The translations under genes and the position numbers were made by a program. Positions 1-16,150 of a DNA stretch of 64,000 bases are shown one piece after another. How positions within the stretch are numbered: position 1 is the stretch's first letter; each line of letters begins with the position of its first letter. The stretch covers positions 75,330,001 to 75,394,000 of the forward strand of contig NC_043003.1 of the NCBI RefSeq assembly GCF_006345805.1. Direction: 5' to 3'. Under the pieces are notes generated by a model that saw only the letters and a list, made by a program, of their open reading frames with translations, was not told the DNA's origin and ran no database searches. Source of the stretch: Octopus sinensis (lineage: Eukaryota).

Positions 1-1390
1 GCCAATCAGCATTCGGTCCAGTTAAATTGATAGGTGTCTGGTTTGGCACAGACCTCCAGTTGTGAAAGACATTACAAACAGGGTGGCCAGAATCACTCAG
101 AAAATGCCTGAGAAGAAATTATCTCTGAAAGATCGAGCATAGCTGGCAAATGTGCATATCCCATCTTTAATAATATAATAAGCATTGTATCTTGCTCCAG
201 TCCATGTAGAGTCTAACTGGAGCGTTTTCTTTTCCCTTAATTCGGGAAAGGTTGCTTCCCACTAATCGGGCGTTCCAACTATTGTCTACGCTCTCTTGAT
301 GATGGGGATTTCATGATATGTTTGTTAATGCGCAGACACGCGCAATTATTACGCCAATTACAGATCTTCCTGGACGGTGAGCCAGCGGCGTCTCCGTTAA
401 AAAGACATGCTTTTCCACAGCTCATTTCTTTGACTGAGCTTTAGTCTTGGGCAAAACAAAAACCAAAATTAGGTGTCTCATGTCAGAAATGTCGTCAGGC
501 AGGTGCTTACTGTTATCTACCACTCGATCTACACCGTTGGTGGAAATTTTACCTTGGCAATATATAAAAAAAATGTAGTGATGAGTTTCCCGGAGAGGCT
601 CAGAGTGTTGACGATGATCAGTTGCCGGCCTGTTTTGCAATACTTACGCGCCAGGTACTACTGTGGATAATTTTCAGAAATCTATGGTATTGCAGCGCTA
701 CTGAGAAGCACTGCCAATTCGAGATAAATACTATAAGCACGGAAGCTATGTCTGGCGGAATTATCTGAGTGATGAAACCGTCCTGCATGCATTCGTGCAA
801 TACCCAATTATTGTTGAATTGTGGAGTAATGTGGAAAAACTGTAATCAAGTGTTGGACGAAACTGAATGCCGTCCAAATCCATCATAAATATCTCCCCCT
901 ACCCACATTTAACAAATCAGGGCAGATGGTGTGGTGGACTAGGCTGAGAATATTAAGGAAATATACTTTTCTCTTTTGTCAAGTTCTCATCGACTTTTTA
1001 AAGTTTTGTGTGGATAGGAAACTATGGGTGGGCAGGAAATTTCTACCTGCCGGTGAATATGTGAAGAGATGGGAAATTGTGTCAAAATGGTTTGAGTGAG
1101 TGGTCCTGCTCTACGTATCCTGCCGTGGGTTGAATAGTTGGAAGGTAGTCTCAAAGCTATTGTGGTCAGGGTATGTGGGTTTCCTTGTTAGTTCTATTTG
1201 GTGTTGCTTATGTATCAGGAAGATCGCGTCATTCATGTTATCATATACTTTGTATATTGTATATGCAGTTCATCGCATTTCACTCTCCTTTTCATTGTTT
1301 CTCCCTATCTTATTTGTACATTTTTTTATGAACTGTTTACTATTCTTGGGATCTGTATCTCCTTTATGCCACTGTGGATACTAAAATAAT
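1..1390 (+). mobile_element. Decayed 3' part of an L1/Tx1-type LINE (RT C-terminus, zinc-knuckle region, 3' UTR)
   Basis: Manual translation through stops and frameshifts gives PVKLIGVWFGTDLQL, KKLSLKDRA*LANVHI, LERFLFP*FGKG...SLDDGDFM..LLMRRHA and DETVLHAFVQYP. These match L1/Tx1 ORF2 motifs (LGVWFG, RLSLxGR, LFxFLW...GGLG, ETxxHxFxxCP). The element runs off the window start. Confidence 0.7.
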
Positions 1391-1391
1391 T

Positions 1392-1425
1392 TATTATTAT
1401 TATTATTATAATTATTATTATTATA

Positions 1426-1523
<98 letters not shown>

Positions 1524-1582
1524 GTTGTTGTTGTTGTTGCTGCTGTTGTCGTTGCCGTTGTTGTTTTTGTTGTTGTTATTAT
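1392..1582. repeat. Compound (ATT)n(GTT)n microsatellite; 3' tail/target of the adjacent minus-strand R4-like copy
   Basis: Directly visible trinucleotide runs. Confidence 0.97.
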
Positions 1583-1589
1583 TTACTTT

Positions 1590-3874
1590 TTATCTGTATG
1601 TTTGTTACTATCACTCGACGTGACATATCCAGCGTGCTGGGGTGAATGAAGGAGAAGAGATGTTACAAAATGACTGAAAGCTTGAGGAGGCGAAGTTGTA
1701 GAGGCAGTAGTGAAATATCTTCATGTAATGCAATACAGACATTTAGATGGATAGGGTCATTCTAAGAAGGTGGGCAGTACTTATCATCACAATCTTTTAG
1801 ATTTCTCTGAGACATGTTTCTCCTTGGATATTATCTAGGTACTTCTAACATCCCCTTTTATCATACCTAAGGCAACTACAATAACAGGAACAGTTTTCAC
1901 ATAGATATACCACATCTTTCGAATTTCAATTTCCAGGGCCTAATATTTTCTTAATTTGTCAAATTCCTTTACAGATATATTTTCATCAGTGGGAACTATT
2001 ACTTCTATTCATCTTCAATTAATTTCTTCCCTGTGTTTAATAATTACGTCTGGTGGATTAGTCTGCATCGTTCTGTCAGTGTTGACTGGAAAATCCCAGA
2101 TTATACTGACATTTTTATCTTGAAGAACGGTCTCAGGAGTGCTGATTTTGTGGTGTTTACATTTTTTCCAATATAAATACTGTCCTGCCATTTGTATTCG
2201 TTTAGTGTCAGTACAGGATATCACGAGACGAGATGATCTATTGTTTCGTCAAATGTGTCACAGAATCTGCATTTAGGGTCAGAATCGTTTTGAAAAACGT
2301 TAACCTGGTAGTTTTTTGTAGCAAGTTTTAGTTTCTGCTTTCAGTACTGAATTTCCTAGTTACTGATGGGTTGTTGCTTGGTCTACATCGGCAATTCGGC
2401 TTCGAAGCATATACTTACATGCATTGGCTTCTGGTTCCACCACTCCTCATTTTGTTTCTGCCTGTTTTTTTTTCTGCAGTCCGTTTGATAAATTTTGCAT
2501 GTTTTGTGGTAGTGGTTTCAGGTTTTTCATATATTTCGGTGTTAATGTATAAGCTTCCTTGACAATAGAATGTGATTTTTTGCTGCGTTCCTCTTTTCTC
2601 ATAAGCGTCAGCGTCTAGTCCTTTTTATTGGATAAGTACTTGCTCATTGCTTTTGTGGAGGTCTTATAGCACGGTTCTACCTACACCATTCGTTATTACT
2701 TCTAGGCGGACACAAATGATCAGCGGCTGCTTTTAGGTGGTGCATGTACTTAGATTTTAAACACTTTTCTTGTCATCCTGTCCAGGCGAAGGAGCTTTAT
2801 AAGATTGCAGGGTATGATGTTAAAACTATATCGGAGTATTGGAATCGCTAGGATATTAATGACTTTGATGCGACTTTTTGAGTTGAGTTCAATTTTTAAT
2901 ATGAGACCCATTCTTCTGCAATACTCCTTTCTCCTTTTTTCTTTCATAGTAGCATGTTGTATACAACCTCCTTTTATCCCCAGGTATTCATAATTTCCTC
3001 TTCAGTCAAGCTGCTTCAGTGAAGTAGCGTCGGTATCTAATTTAATGGAAGTTGTTTGCCTGATCTTGCTTCCCTCAAAAGTTGTTGTAGCACACTTATC
3101 AAGGCCAAAAGCCATCCAAATGTCATTGTTGAACTCTTTAATAGCTGTTAGAAGCCCTCGTAGTTCTTCATTTCTAGGAAATTGCTTCAGACCATCAATA
3201 TAAAAAAGATGGTTTAATTTCGCATTTCAACTCTTACTTGGTGTTATCTAGTTCGTATGACAGTGGGATCAGAGCCATGCAAAAGAGTAATTGGGACAGG
3301 GTGTCACCTTGAAAGATGCCTCGTTTCTCATCCCTTTACTGTGGTTTAGAAGTGGATGTCTTTTCCACTTTGTAATAACTTGGAGACGACAGTAGGGATC
3401 TTATATATCTGAAAGACCTTGAGTAGACAGTTATGTGGGAAAATATCAAAGAATTACGTTCATCATGCTCCGGTAATTGTCTACAATCATCTTACCTATG
3501 AGCAATTGATCTTTGTACCCAATAAGAATTCCCTTTACAGCTTGTTTGACCTTGTAGAATGAAAGACTTCTGTTCAAGGAAAGCGTGTATTATATCAGTT
3601 AATATGAATGTGAGGATTTTGTAGATTGTGTTGGGACTGGTTATTGCTGGGTACTTATTTGGAGTTTTTGTATCTTTCGAGCTCCCTCTGGCGTATTTGA
3701 GTGTTTGCAAGCAGTGTTGTTTTCTGTATGAGCTCCAGCCTTATTGCAGCTCCTATTTGTTCCATGTACTTCCCAAGATTTTACTTACTGTTCTATGGCA
3801 CCATTTTCAGTGACCTCAACTGTTGAACATCACAAGCATATCGCATAGCTTGTTGTCAGTTTGGCATGCTTACA
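1590..3874 (-). mobile_element. R4/Dong-like non-LTR retrotransposon, 5'-truncated pseudogene (RT plus RLE endonuclease)
   Basis: Minus-strand motifs: YKILTFIL..EQ.SCK, KRGIFQGDTLSQLLFCMALIP, LFYIDGLKQ, IKVINILAIPILRYSF, IIWDFPVNTDRTMQTNPPDVIIK, PTDENISVKEFDKLRKY*ALEIEIRKMW..VPVIVVALG. Confidence 0.85.
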
Positions 3875-3899
3875 ATTATTATTATTATTATTATTATTA

Positions 3900-3939
<40 letters not shown>

Positions 3940-3943
3940 GTTG

Positions 3944-3980
<37 letters not shown>

Positions 3981-3982
3981 CA

Positions 3983-4019
<37 letters not shown>

Positions 4020-4050
4020 TTTTATTTTTATTTTATTATTATTATTATTA

Positions 4051-4105
<55 letters not shown>

Positions 4106-4123
4106 TTATTATTATTATTATTA
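3875..4123. repeat. (ATT)n microsatellite between two minus-strand R4-like copies
   Basis: Directly visible. Confidence 0.97.
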
Positions 4124-5350
4124 GTGATTTGTGTGAGGTTCCTTGATATTTCTGGTAGATGTTTTGTGTGTAGCGGGTTACTACCTCTAACGTTAATTAT
4201 CCACAAGCCTTCAATAGTCTTTCAAGTGCTTAAACCCTTCAGATAATCATTACTTCCCTAAGAAGCCAAACTTTCTATAGATGACCTGCTGGTCATTTTA
4301 TTCCAATCTCTTTCCGCCATTTGTCAATGACTTTACTTTCAGTTCCCAATGCATCAATTATTACAATTACAACATTTACAAATTTTATTCTCCAAATTCT
4401 AGCACATCAAATTTTTAAGGGAGTATGCGCGCTTTGCTTTACATCGTTTCTCTTTAAAATGACGGGGTCAAATTTATATGAATTATGAATTAATAAGCAA
4501 CTTCGCTTTTCTTTTTCTATTATTGTTATGTCTCGCTTATAATTTTATACTTTCTTATTCCTTTCAATCGAAAGAGTATTGGTTTCGGAGAAACGCAAAA
4601 TTCGATGGCATTTTTGCCATCGAATTTTGTGTTTCTCGAAACCAACACTCTTTCCATCCGATGACCACATCAGGTACCCCCAACTTCAAATCCTTATTTC
4701 TGATAAGGCTGCCAGTGTAAGACTTTCACGACTTGTTCACGCCTCAACATTTTCTATTTTCCCGGTGTCAGCTTGGGACAATTTGCAACAATGTGTACAC
4801 TGTCTCCCACATTCCAGAGACTATTTTTTATGACACCGTCTACCCACACGCATATTTTCTCAAATTGTTTGCTTTTATCTTTTGATCTGGAGCAGCTATG
4901 ATTAAGCTTACAGTTATTTTTTTTTATTGTCCTTTTCTTATTCAAGCTCAGAATCGTGTTCCGCATACATCCTGCATGACTCTACAAAATTCTCTACAAA
5001 ATGTTTACTATGCTCTGTTTGATTTTCGTTCTTGTCCGTCCACCGTTGAATACCTGGTTCTTATTCACTGTCTTTATTCATATCTCTGTACTTTCTGTAA
5101 ATACTCTACTATTTTTTTATTTATCTTGATATATATTTTCACCTGTACACACACACTTTACCGCAGCAATTGGGCCTCTTTCACCACGGTCTCTCTACTT
5201 ACTGATATCTGCTTTCGGATGGAGGTTTCCATACATTGTCAACAGCTTCCTATTTTTTCTGACAAGATTATGTGTCGATTTAGACTTCATCTACTTTTCG
5301 AATTCCATATCTGATTACCGGTACTGCTTTTGAATTCATTCTTCCAATAA
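4124..5350 (-). mobile_element. R4/Dong-like retrotransposon fragment (RT C-terminus, CCHC region, RLE, 3' UTR)
   Basis: Minus strand: MNSKAVPVIRYG, HIVANCPKLTPGK*KMLRREQVVKVLHW, KRDITIIEKEKRSCLLI, ARIWRIKFVNVVIVIIDALGT. The 3' end abuts (TAA)n. Confidence 0.75.
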
Positions 5351-5490
5351 CATTATCATTAGCATCATCATCACCATCATCATCATCATCATCATCATTA
5401 TCATCATCATCATCATCATCACCACCACCACCACCACCACCACCACCACCATCGTTATTATTATTGCTGTTATTGTTGTCATCGTCGCTA
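5350..5490. repeat. Compound (CAT)n(CAC)n(ATT)n microsatellite
   Basis: Directly visible. Confidence 0.9.
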
Positions 5491-5765
5491 GTCAAATAGA
5501 TAACTATGTAACCAATTAAGTTATCTTTCGGTCAATCTGTCGCTTAATTAATCGATTAACCAATCGATTAATCATTCGATCAGTCAATCAATCAGCTAAT
5601 TTCGTGTGAGTTGTTTCATCACCTGTGATATCAGAGATGAACTTATCTTTTTAACTTAGGTCTGCTTTGGAAATATTTGTCTCCCGGTTTACAGATTCTA
5701 GTTCTATATTTAAAGATACATGTGATGCGAGAGAGATACAGAGAGAGAGAGAGGGAAAGAGGGAA

Positions 5766-5808
<43 letters not shown>

Positions 5809-6268
5809 GCGTGCACACATGCGCGTGTGCGTCAGTTAGTGAAGATGGGTGATCTATGAATGTTGTGAGTCTTTAAGCGTTTATTTAATTATTTACTTAT
5901 TTATTTATATATATACATATTGTATGGTTAGTATGTTTGCCGTTTTTGAACACACTGTGAGCTTGTGGGTTTGCGTCGGTGCATATGCGTGCGTAGATCG
6001 ATATTAAAATCTAGTGTTTTTACATAAATGTGAGAACGTTATGGATCACATTTCAGCTTAAAGTATCTCTTCAACTTTCTTCCTTGTAGCCGAAAGAAAC
6101 ATAGAATAAGGCATTTCTCTCCCGCTGATCTATACCTCACACATCTATATGAAAACATATACAACTACATAAGGAATATGCTGGTGTATGAGACACGCTA
6201 TTTTTATTCCTGAGTGTAACGCAAAATTACCATGCACGTAAAGCTACTCTATAAGAAATATCAGTGAA

Positions 6269-6335
6269 AGCGCGTGGCGTAGTTGTTAATGTAATCGGTT
6301 CAAGATCGGTAGGTTGTGAGTTCGATTCCCAGCGG
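6269..6335 (+). mobile_element. tRNA-derived SINE head (Pol III A and B boxes), isolated
   Basis: TGGCGTAGTTGTT (A-box-like) and GAGTTCGATTCC (B box); no complete cloverleaf. Confidence 0.55.
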
Positions 6336-6469
6336 AACTGACCGAATGATTAATCAAACAATCGATTAGTAAATTGTCTTTATACTTGACTAATAATTAT
6401 AATTCACATTTCTTGGTTCAATAGAACGTAAATATGAATTACTAATATTTTATTTTTGTGTGGGGGTCG

Positions 6470-9045
6470 ATGTCAAGAGAAATAAATATAATGGGAGTGA
6501 CAAAAGTAAAGCTCCTTGGTGGAAAAGAAGATATAGTTAGATATACTCTCGAAGGACATTTCTGTGTTAGACCGAAAAGAAAAGGGGGAGCTTAAAAGCG
6601 AGCAAGATTCCTGGGCTCTGAACAAGAAATATTGAAATAAAGGGCGTGAAAGTGGTAATGGAGGAACTGAAACTGCGCTCGTTGCCAAGAAAGCAAAGAT
6701 GGCATGATACGACCAAAGAATGAAGGGATACAGGTAGAATAGGTTATTCAGAGTAGGTCAGAAGGGATTCTAAAAATAAATAAATGGAGTTTACAGATGA
6801 AAAGTTGATATCATTTAACATTGAACGCCAAAAGTTTCGGAGTGACTGGAGCAAAGACAAGGAGCAAAAGAAGGATGCTGAATGTTTGCAAGACCTTAAA
6901 CAAACAGTTGTCTGTCCAAATCACGTAGAACAATTCATTTCACTGAGGGAAGTGAAGGATATCAGCAAAAAATAAGCATCTGGAAGATGGATGAGATGGA
7001 TTTCAAGGCTACTAGATCAAACGATTTGGTGAATGCTATGGACACCACCTTGCCTAATGCCGACAAATTACAACTAGAGTTGTTGATAATGGCTAGGACA
7101 GTGCTTTAAAATCATCGAAAAAGGCAATACGGCAGAAAATGACAGGCCGATATCCTGCTTGCCAGTTATAAAGATATTATTAACTGGAATACTGGCACAG
7201 ACAATGTACGGAGATGAGCAGAAGGGTTGTAAGCGTAAGTGCAGAGATACCAAGGATCAACTCTTGGCAAACAAAACTGTACTTAGACATTGCAAGAGGA
7301 GGAAAACTAACTTAGCCATGTCATCGATCGACTATCGTTAGGCGTACGATATGATACCATATTCTTGGATCATGTAATCTGTGAACCTATTTGGTATTGC
7401 ATTGAATATTGAGTGATTGCTTGCAAAAAGTATGGCGAAGTGGAGGACGGAACTGACAGCATATGGAGAAGGTTTAGGGACAATAGAAATCAGGAGAGTC
7501 GTCCTCCAAAGAGAATGACTCTCCCCATTGATCTTTGTACTATATATGATAAGCTAACACTGAATCTGAGGAAAGCAGAGGCTAGGTTTTTATTTAAGAG
7601 CCACCAACAAAAAAATCTATCACTTGTTATTCATGGATGACATCAAACTTTATGATAAAGATGAATCCCAAGTCAGTTCTCTCGTTGATAAGTTCTATAA
7701 CTTCAGTGCTGATATCAGAATCGATTTCGGACTGAAAAAGTGTGGTGTGTTAGTCATGAAGAGAGGCAAAATTAAATGTATGGGCGGGCTAGGGATACCA
7801 TGGGGGGGTGTTATGAAGCAGATAGAAGAGACGGACTATAATTACTTGGGGATCCTGGAAATGTATAAATTGATGGAGAAAGAAATGACAGAAAACTTTA
7901 ATGTGCCAAACTGAAACGGATAGTTAAGTCGAAATTAAATGGACAGAATAAGAGTGAAACTATCAATACCTAGACGGTTTCAATCCTTGGATATGGAGCA
8001 GGTATAACTGCATGGACGGTCGACGAACAAAGTAGTTTAGAGAAAAAAAATGAGGAAGTTGCTGAATAGATATAGGATACTCCACCCAAAAAGTGATACA
8101 AACAGTCTGTATGTACCACGAAAAAGAGGGGAAAAGGAATGACTGGATGCGAACACATCATTGAAGAAAAAGAAATCAACATAGAATGGTATGCAAAACA
8201 TACCATAGAACCATTAATACTGGAAGTAAGAAGCGCAGACTTGTGTAGGATGGAAGATTGCAAAGATAAAGCATTGTCCAAGCACTTCAGAATGAATGAA
8301 ACTGCAAATAGGTGGATTAAGAAAAGAATTCATGGCAAATTTCATAGAGACGTTGAAGATAAGACAGACAGAAGAAAGATGGCTATGGATGATTAAAAAA
8401 TTATTTAAAACCTGAGGTTCTAATGTGCGTTGCCAAGAGCAAGCATTAAGAACCAGTTACATCAAATACAGAATAGACAACACATTAGAAAGTGACAAGT
8501 GCAGAAAGAACATTAGAGACGCTATGACAATATAGCAAGGATTGTCCAATGGACACTTTGCAAAAAGTATGGACTTGACAGAGCAAAAACGTGGTACGAA
8601 CATAAACCCGAATGCGTCATCGAAAATGATAATGGAAAAACCCTATGTGCTTTTATGATTCTGTCCGACCATAGGATAGAAAATAGGAAACCAGACATTG
8701 TGTTAATTGAGAAGAAAGCAAACGATGCTGGATCATAGATAGAGCATGGCCAGCTGACAAGTTATGTGGTAAGGAAGAAATATTGATAATATGGACAAGT
8801 TAGCTTGGGAGTTTAAGCAGTTGTGGTCGCAGAAATGGTTGTAGTAATACTAATAATTATCGTAACCCTTGGAACAGTAAGTGAAAATCTTGATAAGTAC
8901 ATGGAACAAATAAGGGCTGCAGTATGGGCGGACGACTTGCAGAAAACAGTACTGCTCGGACAATAAGGGTTTTTACGTTCGGTCACTGTCAGTGAACAGC
9001 TGACACCGTAGTAAATCTCCAGCGTTAGACGTTGTGCAAAGACAA
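6470..9045 (+). mobile_element. R4/Dong-like retrotransposon, long decayed copy (RT plus RLE)
   Basis: APWWKRR, KFRSDWSKDKEQKKDAECL, EQKGCKRKCRDTKDQLL, SIDYR*AYD, LSPLIFV, LFMDDIKLY, DFGLKKCG, YNYLGILE, RKPDIVLIEKK, IIVTLGTV, LQKTVLLG. A short degenerate TAA tract follows. Confidence 0.88.
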
Positions 9046-9099
9046 TAAAATAATGATAATTATTATTATGATAATAATAACAAGAGAGCGACAGGATGT

Positions 9100-9594
9100 G
9101 GTATAAGCACAAACCGCAGAAGGGCGGAGTCGGAGACTAGCAAATCCCTCTGGGATTTCCGAACCCAAACAGCGCGGGTGCTAGAGTATACCAGACCGGA
9201 TCTAGTGGTCGTGGACAAGGTGCATCACATGTGCTATACAGTTAACATTGCATGCCTCTTTGACTCACGAATAGCCAAATAGTAGGGCAAAAAGTTAGGT
9301 AAATATAATCCTCTTAAATACGAAATAAGCACAGCTAAGGTGAAGATGGTGCCAATTATTGTTGTGCCATGCAGAACAGTATCAGACGGCATCTACGATA
9401 TTATAAGTGTTATTGGAATAGAGAGCCCAGTAGAAATGTTAAAAAAGTTTTGCCTCCTTAGCAAGGCCGCAATAATCAGGAAAGTATTAGAGAGCTGAAA
9501 AGAACGGATAGCATGGTACCGTAGACTGCAGGTAGCAAGCCCACCAAGCATGCAAAAGTCCAGGAGCTCCAACAATACATGTTAATAAAAGATC
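9100..9594 (+). mobile_element. R4/Dong-like 3' fragment (RLE domain plus 3' UTR)
   Basis: SLWDFRTQTARVLEYTRPDLVVVDK...KYNPLKYEI..VKMVPIIV...FCLLSKAAIIRKVLES*, followed by (TAA)n. Confidence 0.8.
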
Positions 9595-9749
9595 TAATAA
9601 TAATACTGATAATAATGATAATAACAATAATAATGTTAATAATAATAACAATAATAATAATAATAATGATAATAATAATAATGATAATAATGATAATAAT
9701 AATAATAATAATATTAATAATGATAATAATAATAATAATAATATTAATA

Positions 9750-9836
<87 letters not shown>

Positions 9837-9876
9837 TAATAATAATAATAACAACAACAACAATAATAACAATAAT
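9595..9876. repeat. (AAT)n microsatellite tail
   Basis: Directly visible. Confidence 0.97.
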
Positions 9877-11588
9877 AGAACACACGCTTATCATTATAAT
9901 CGGCGTAATGACTGATCAGAGATTCAAACACTCTTTTCTTTTCCTTAGAAGCAGTCCACGCAATACCACTTCAGCTATACTGCTGATAAGAAATCATAAT
10001 TTTACATCTAGAACATGTGTTAGGTATTCTTCTCTCCAATATTCAATTGCATAATTAGTTAAAAAGAGCTAAGAGGAATAACTAAATGGCATAATTACAT
10101 TAACTTGGATTACTTCATTACTGTATGTTATACTAAACAACGCTCGCTATAAATTAAGTTGAGGAAAATTTCCTCCGGCTAGCTTTGATTCTCCAATACC
10201 GCGGTGGCTATTTTGGCCTACAAATCAGTGTCCCTTGCAGCGACAATTTTCTGACTGTCGTTTCTTTAGCATGTAAATTAGCACGAATAATATATTAGGC
10301 AGTTCTTGAAATTATCTTTACGTCTTCATTTAGAATCACTAACAATTACTTCAATCTTTAATTTTCCGACTGCCAGGCAGATGTAAATTTCTTGCATATT
10401 AAGAAATTATTTCCTTTTTGATAAGTAACTACAATTACCATTACGATTTTGCTTGTTTTCTTTCCTCAAATTAGTCATTTAACTTTGTATCATTGTGTTC
10501 ATCATTCTGCACACCTAAAATATCTAAATTCATGCTATCGGATTACTTCTATTTACTCATTGTTTTGAAGATATGCATATTACTACTGAAAGTAATATCC
10601 GTATCTATTTTCTAAAAAATATCTATACCTAAAAAATATTTTCCCCCATGCTTTACTTATGAGTTATGATACGACGAAAGTTTTACTGAAGTTGTACCTC
10701 ATGAAAGCAACATAGTACTATGTCATAAATATTTTGTTTTTGTGTAGAATTATTTAGTATACATTAATTCAAATCAAAAAGTTCTTATACATTGTAAAAA
10801 CAGATCTATATGTCAAATATACCACAGTATCAATTCATATTCTCCTAGAAAAAAAGAGTCAGTAGCTTTCTTATTTTTACCTGCCTCCGGAAGTGGATCA
10901 AATATATTCTGTCATAAAAGATTGAATATGTACACAGGATTAAACATATTTTGCTGATCATGGCAAAAGTTACTCCTCTTAACAAGTATTATAATGGAAA
11001 TTTCGTTCGTAGCTGACATTTCTTATTGAATTATATAGTATGTTGCTCTTGATAGCCTTCCTTTAAAATGGTAATTGCTTCACCAAGTAATATTTTATAT
11101 CATTCTTATATTATTACTATTTCTATTTCTTTTATATTTCTACATACAACATTATCGTTATTATTGACTCAAAATTCAGTCGAATTCATAATAATAATAA
11201 CAGTAATATACGTATCTGCGTATAGGAATATATTCTTTGAGGTATTCATATAATTCATATACATCAAATAGAATAAGTTTCATTATCTTTCATAATCTGA
11301 TCACAATTTACCGTTTGAAAATTCGCACGGGAATCACGCTAATTTGTCACATCGTCTTTCTTTCCTCTTTTCTTCTTTTTAATTAACAATTAAAATAAAT
11401 GATCAAGAGATAACGTTGTTTTTGCTTCTGAATATTTCAGAGACGCCAAACGGAAGAGAACTACGATTCTATTGTTCTATGAATTTCTTAATGAAATTTA
11501 CGAGTAAATGTCAGATCTGAGTATACACTTTGTAAGATGTAAACTACTTCTTCAAATATTGCAGATATGACATGCACACACCTACGTA

Positions 11589-11662
<74 letters not shown>

Positions 11663-12646
11663 AATGGCGGTGCCCAAGCATGGCCACAGCTCATTAGCTG
11701 AAACTGGAAAAATCAAAAAATCAAAATCATATGTAATATGTATGTATGTTAAGTTTGTCAATCTGCATGTTTATGTGTGTGAAAATATATGTTGGTTATA
11801 CATACATATAGAAATTAATGCACAGGAAACCAAGAAAATACCACATTAAATATATGCCAAATATGAATGATTTCTGAGAGGTAGAGGCCAGCAACAATGA
11901 ACAGTTTAGTGCCTAGAAAATTGGCTAAAACTATCGGAAGAAAGCAAATAATTCGTTGGTTGAGGCACAGCATGATAAAGATATAATAACTTTTGTAGTT
12001 GATTTCAATAGAATAAAATGAGTGAAAGTCATCCAAAATACCAAGCGAAGCAATTTTATTACCACTCATTAAAAATTAGAAATCATCGCGTCGGTTTCTA
12101 CCCGAGTTAATTCTATTAAAATATATTCAGAAAACTCTTTGTCGCCACTTCTTTTCGCGAAGAACTGTAGCAGTGTATCATACTGGAGTTCAGAAATGCT
12201 CAAAATTACGAGACAGATCTTCTTAACACCTTGTTCATACTTGCAAAGTTGACAATTTTCTAACACCAGAAACATGATCATTGCGTATAAAAAGAAAAAT
12301 ATATAATGCTATATAAACTTTTTCATGATACTGATAATATAAAGTAAAAGGGCAAAGAAATGGAGGAAAATGGAATTAAATGGAGAGACAACATTATCAT
12401 CGCTCTAACAGGGCTTCTCGTTATCAACAGCATCTGTATTTCTGTGTTTAGATTAAGGCTGTTTTGATTAAATCAGTTCACATTAAACCGATGAATATAT
12501 TCCTATCGTTCAGCAAGCTAAGCAAAATATATTTCTTTCCAAACAAAAACCAATGAGCATAATGCTGTCTGCATACTCTAATGATTTCTCGGCTAATCTG
12601 TGTTGGAAATCCCGTAATGATTTTTACACTGAAATCCCGAAACATA

Positions 12647-15230
<2,584 letters not shown>

Positions 15231-15486
15231 ATATATGTATATACATATATATATGTATATATCTATATATCTATATATATATATATATGTGTGTGTGTGT
15301 ATATATATATACGTATATATATATGCACATATATATATATATAAGTATATAGATAGAGAGATAAAAAAGATAGATGGATATATATATATGTAGATAGATA
15401 CATATAGATATGTACATATATACATACATATATACATCTATATATAACACGTACGTATGGACATAAGTATATATACACATATATAC

Positions 15487-15517
<31 letters not shown>

Positions 15518-15799
15518 TAGACAATTATTCGAATAAACAAATTAGACACATCAAATATATGAAATATATTAAATACATCAAATACAAAATATGTATATAT
15601 GTTTACATGGCAAACGAGGAAAAGCAAAATGTGGAAACATCAGTAGACGAAATTTTAAATACATATATATATAGATAGATATTTATATTTATACGTGCAA
15701 CTTACGCAGTGTACGTACACTGTCATTTGTACTTTTCGTAAGTATGACTTATTAATATATATATATCTACATATTTATACTGAAAAATACTTTCTATAT

Positions 15800-15970
15800 G
15801 TAAGAGATGAGGAATTATGTACATTATTTATATTATTTACATTTGACGAATATTTGTCCTCAACTTGTTTGTTGTTAGCACAAAGTTTCGGCTGATATAC
15901 CCTCCAGCCTTCATCTGCAGGTGTCTTGGGGAAATTTCGAACTTGGTTTCTCATTCCTAAAGTATTTTCA
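15800..15970 (-). mobile_element. Probable Penelope-like terminal-repeat remnant carrying a degenerate hammerhead motif
   Basis: Minus strand reads GACAC-CTGCAGATGA-A-GGCTG-gagggtatat-CAGCC-GAAAC-TTT-GTG. Assignment to Penelope is inferred from the known link between minimal hammerheads and PLE termini. Confidence 0.45.
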
Positions 15971-16004
15971 AGTAAAGTTCAAGTAAATTTCATAGTTAGA
16001 TAGA

Positions 16005-16011
16005 TAGATAA

Positions 16012-16054
<43 letters not shown>

Positions 16055-16150
16055 TTTAGATGCATACATACATACATACATACATACATACATACATACA
16101 TACATCATACATACATACTACATACATACATACATACATACATACATACA
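16005..16150. repeat. Compound (GATA)n(CATA)n tetranucleotide microsatellite
   Basis: Directly visible. Confidence 0.93.

Noticed and set aside
6269-6335. tRNA gene
   Set aside because: It has A and B boxes only, with no acceptor stem or cloverleaf, so it is treated as a SINE head. The same applies to 32582-32650.
11815-12281. Two ORFs on the minus strand and an ENSLSPLLF motif on the plus strand
   Set aside because: The minus-strand ORFs match nothing I recognise. The plus-strand motif hints at a very old RT (QGDSLSPLLF), but the surrounding motifs are not recoverable.
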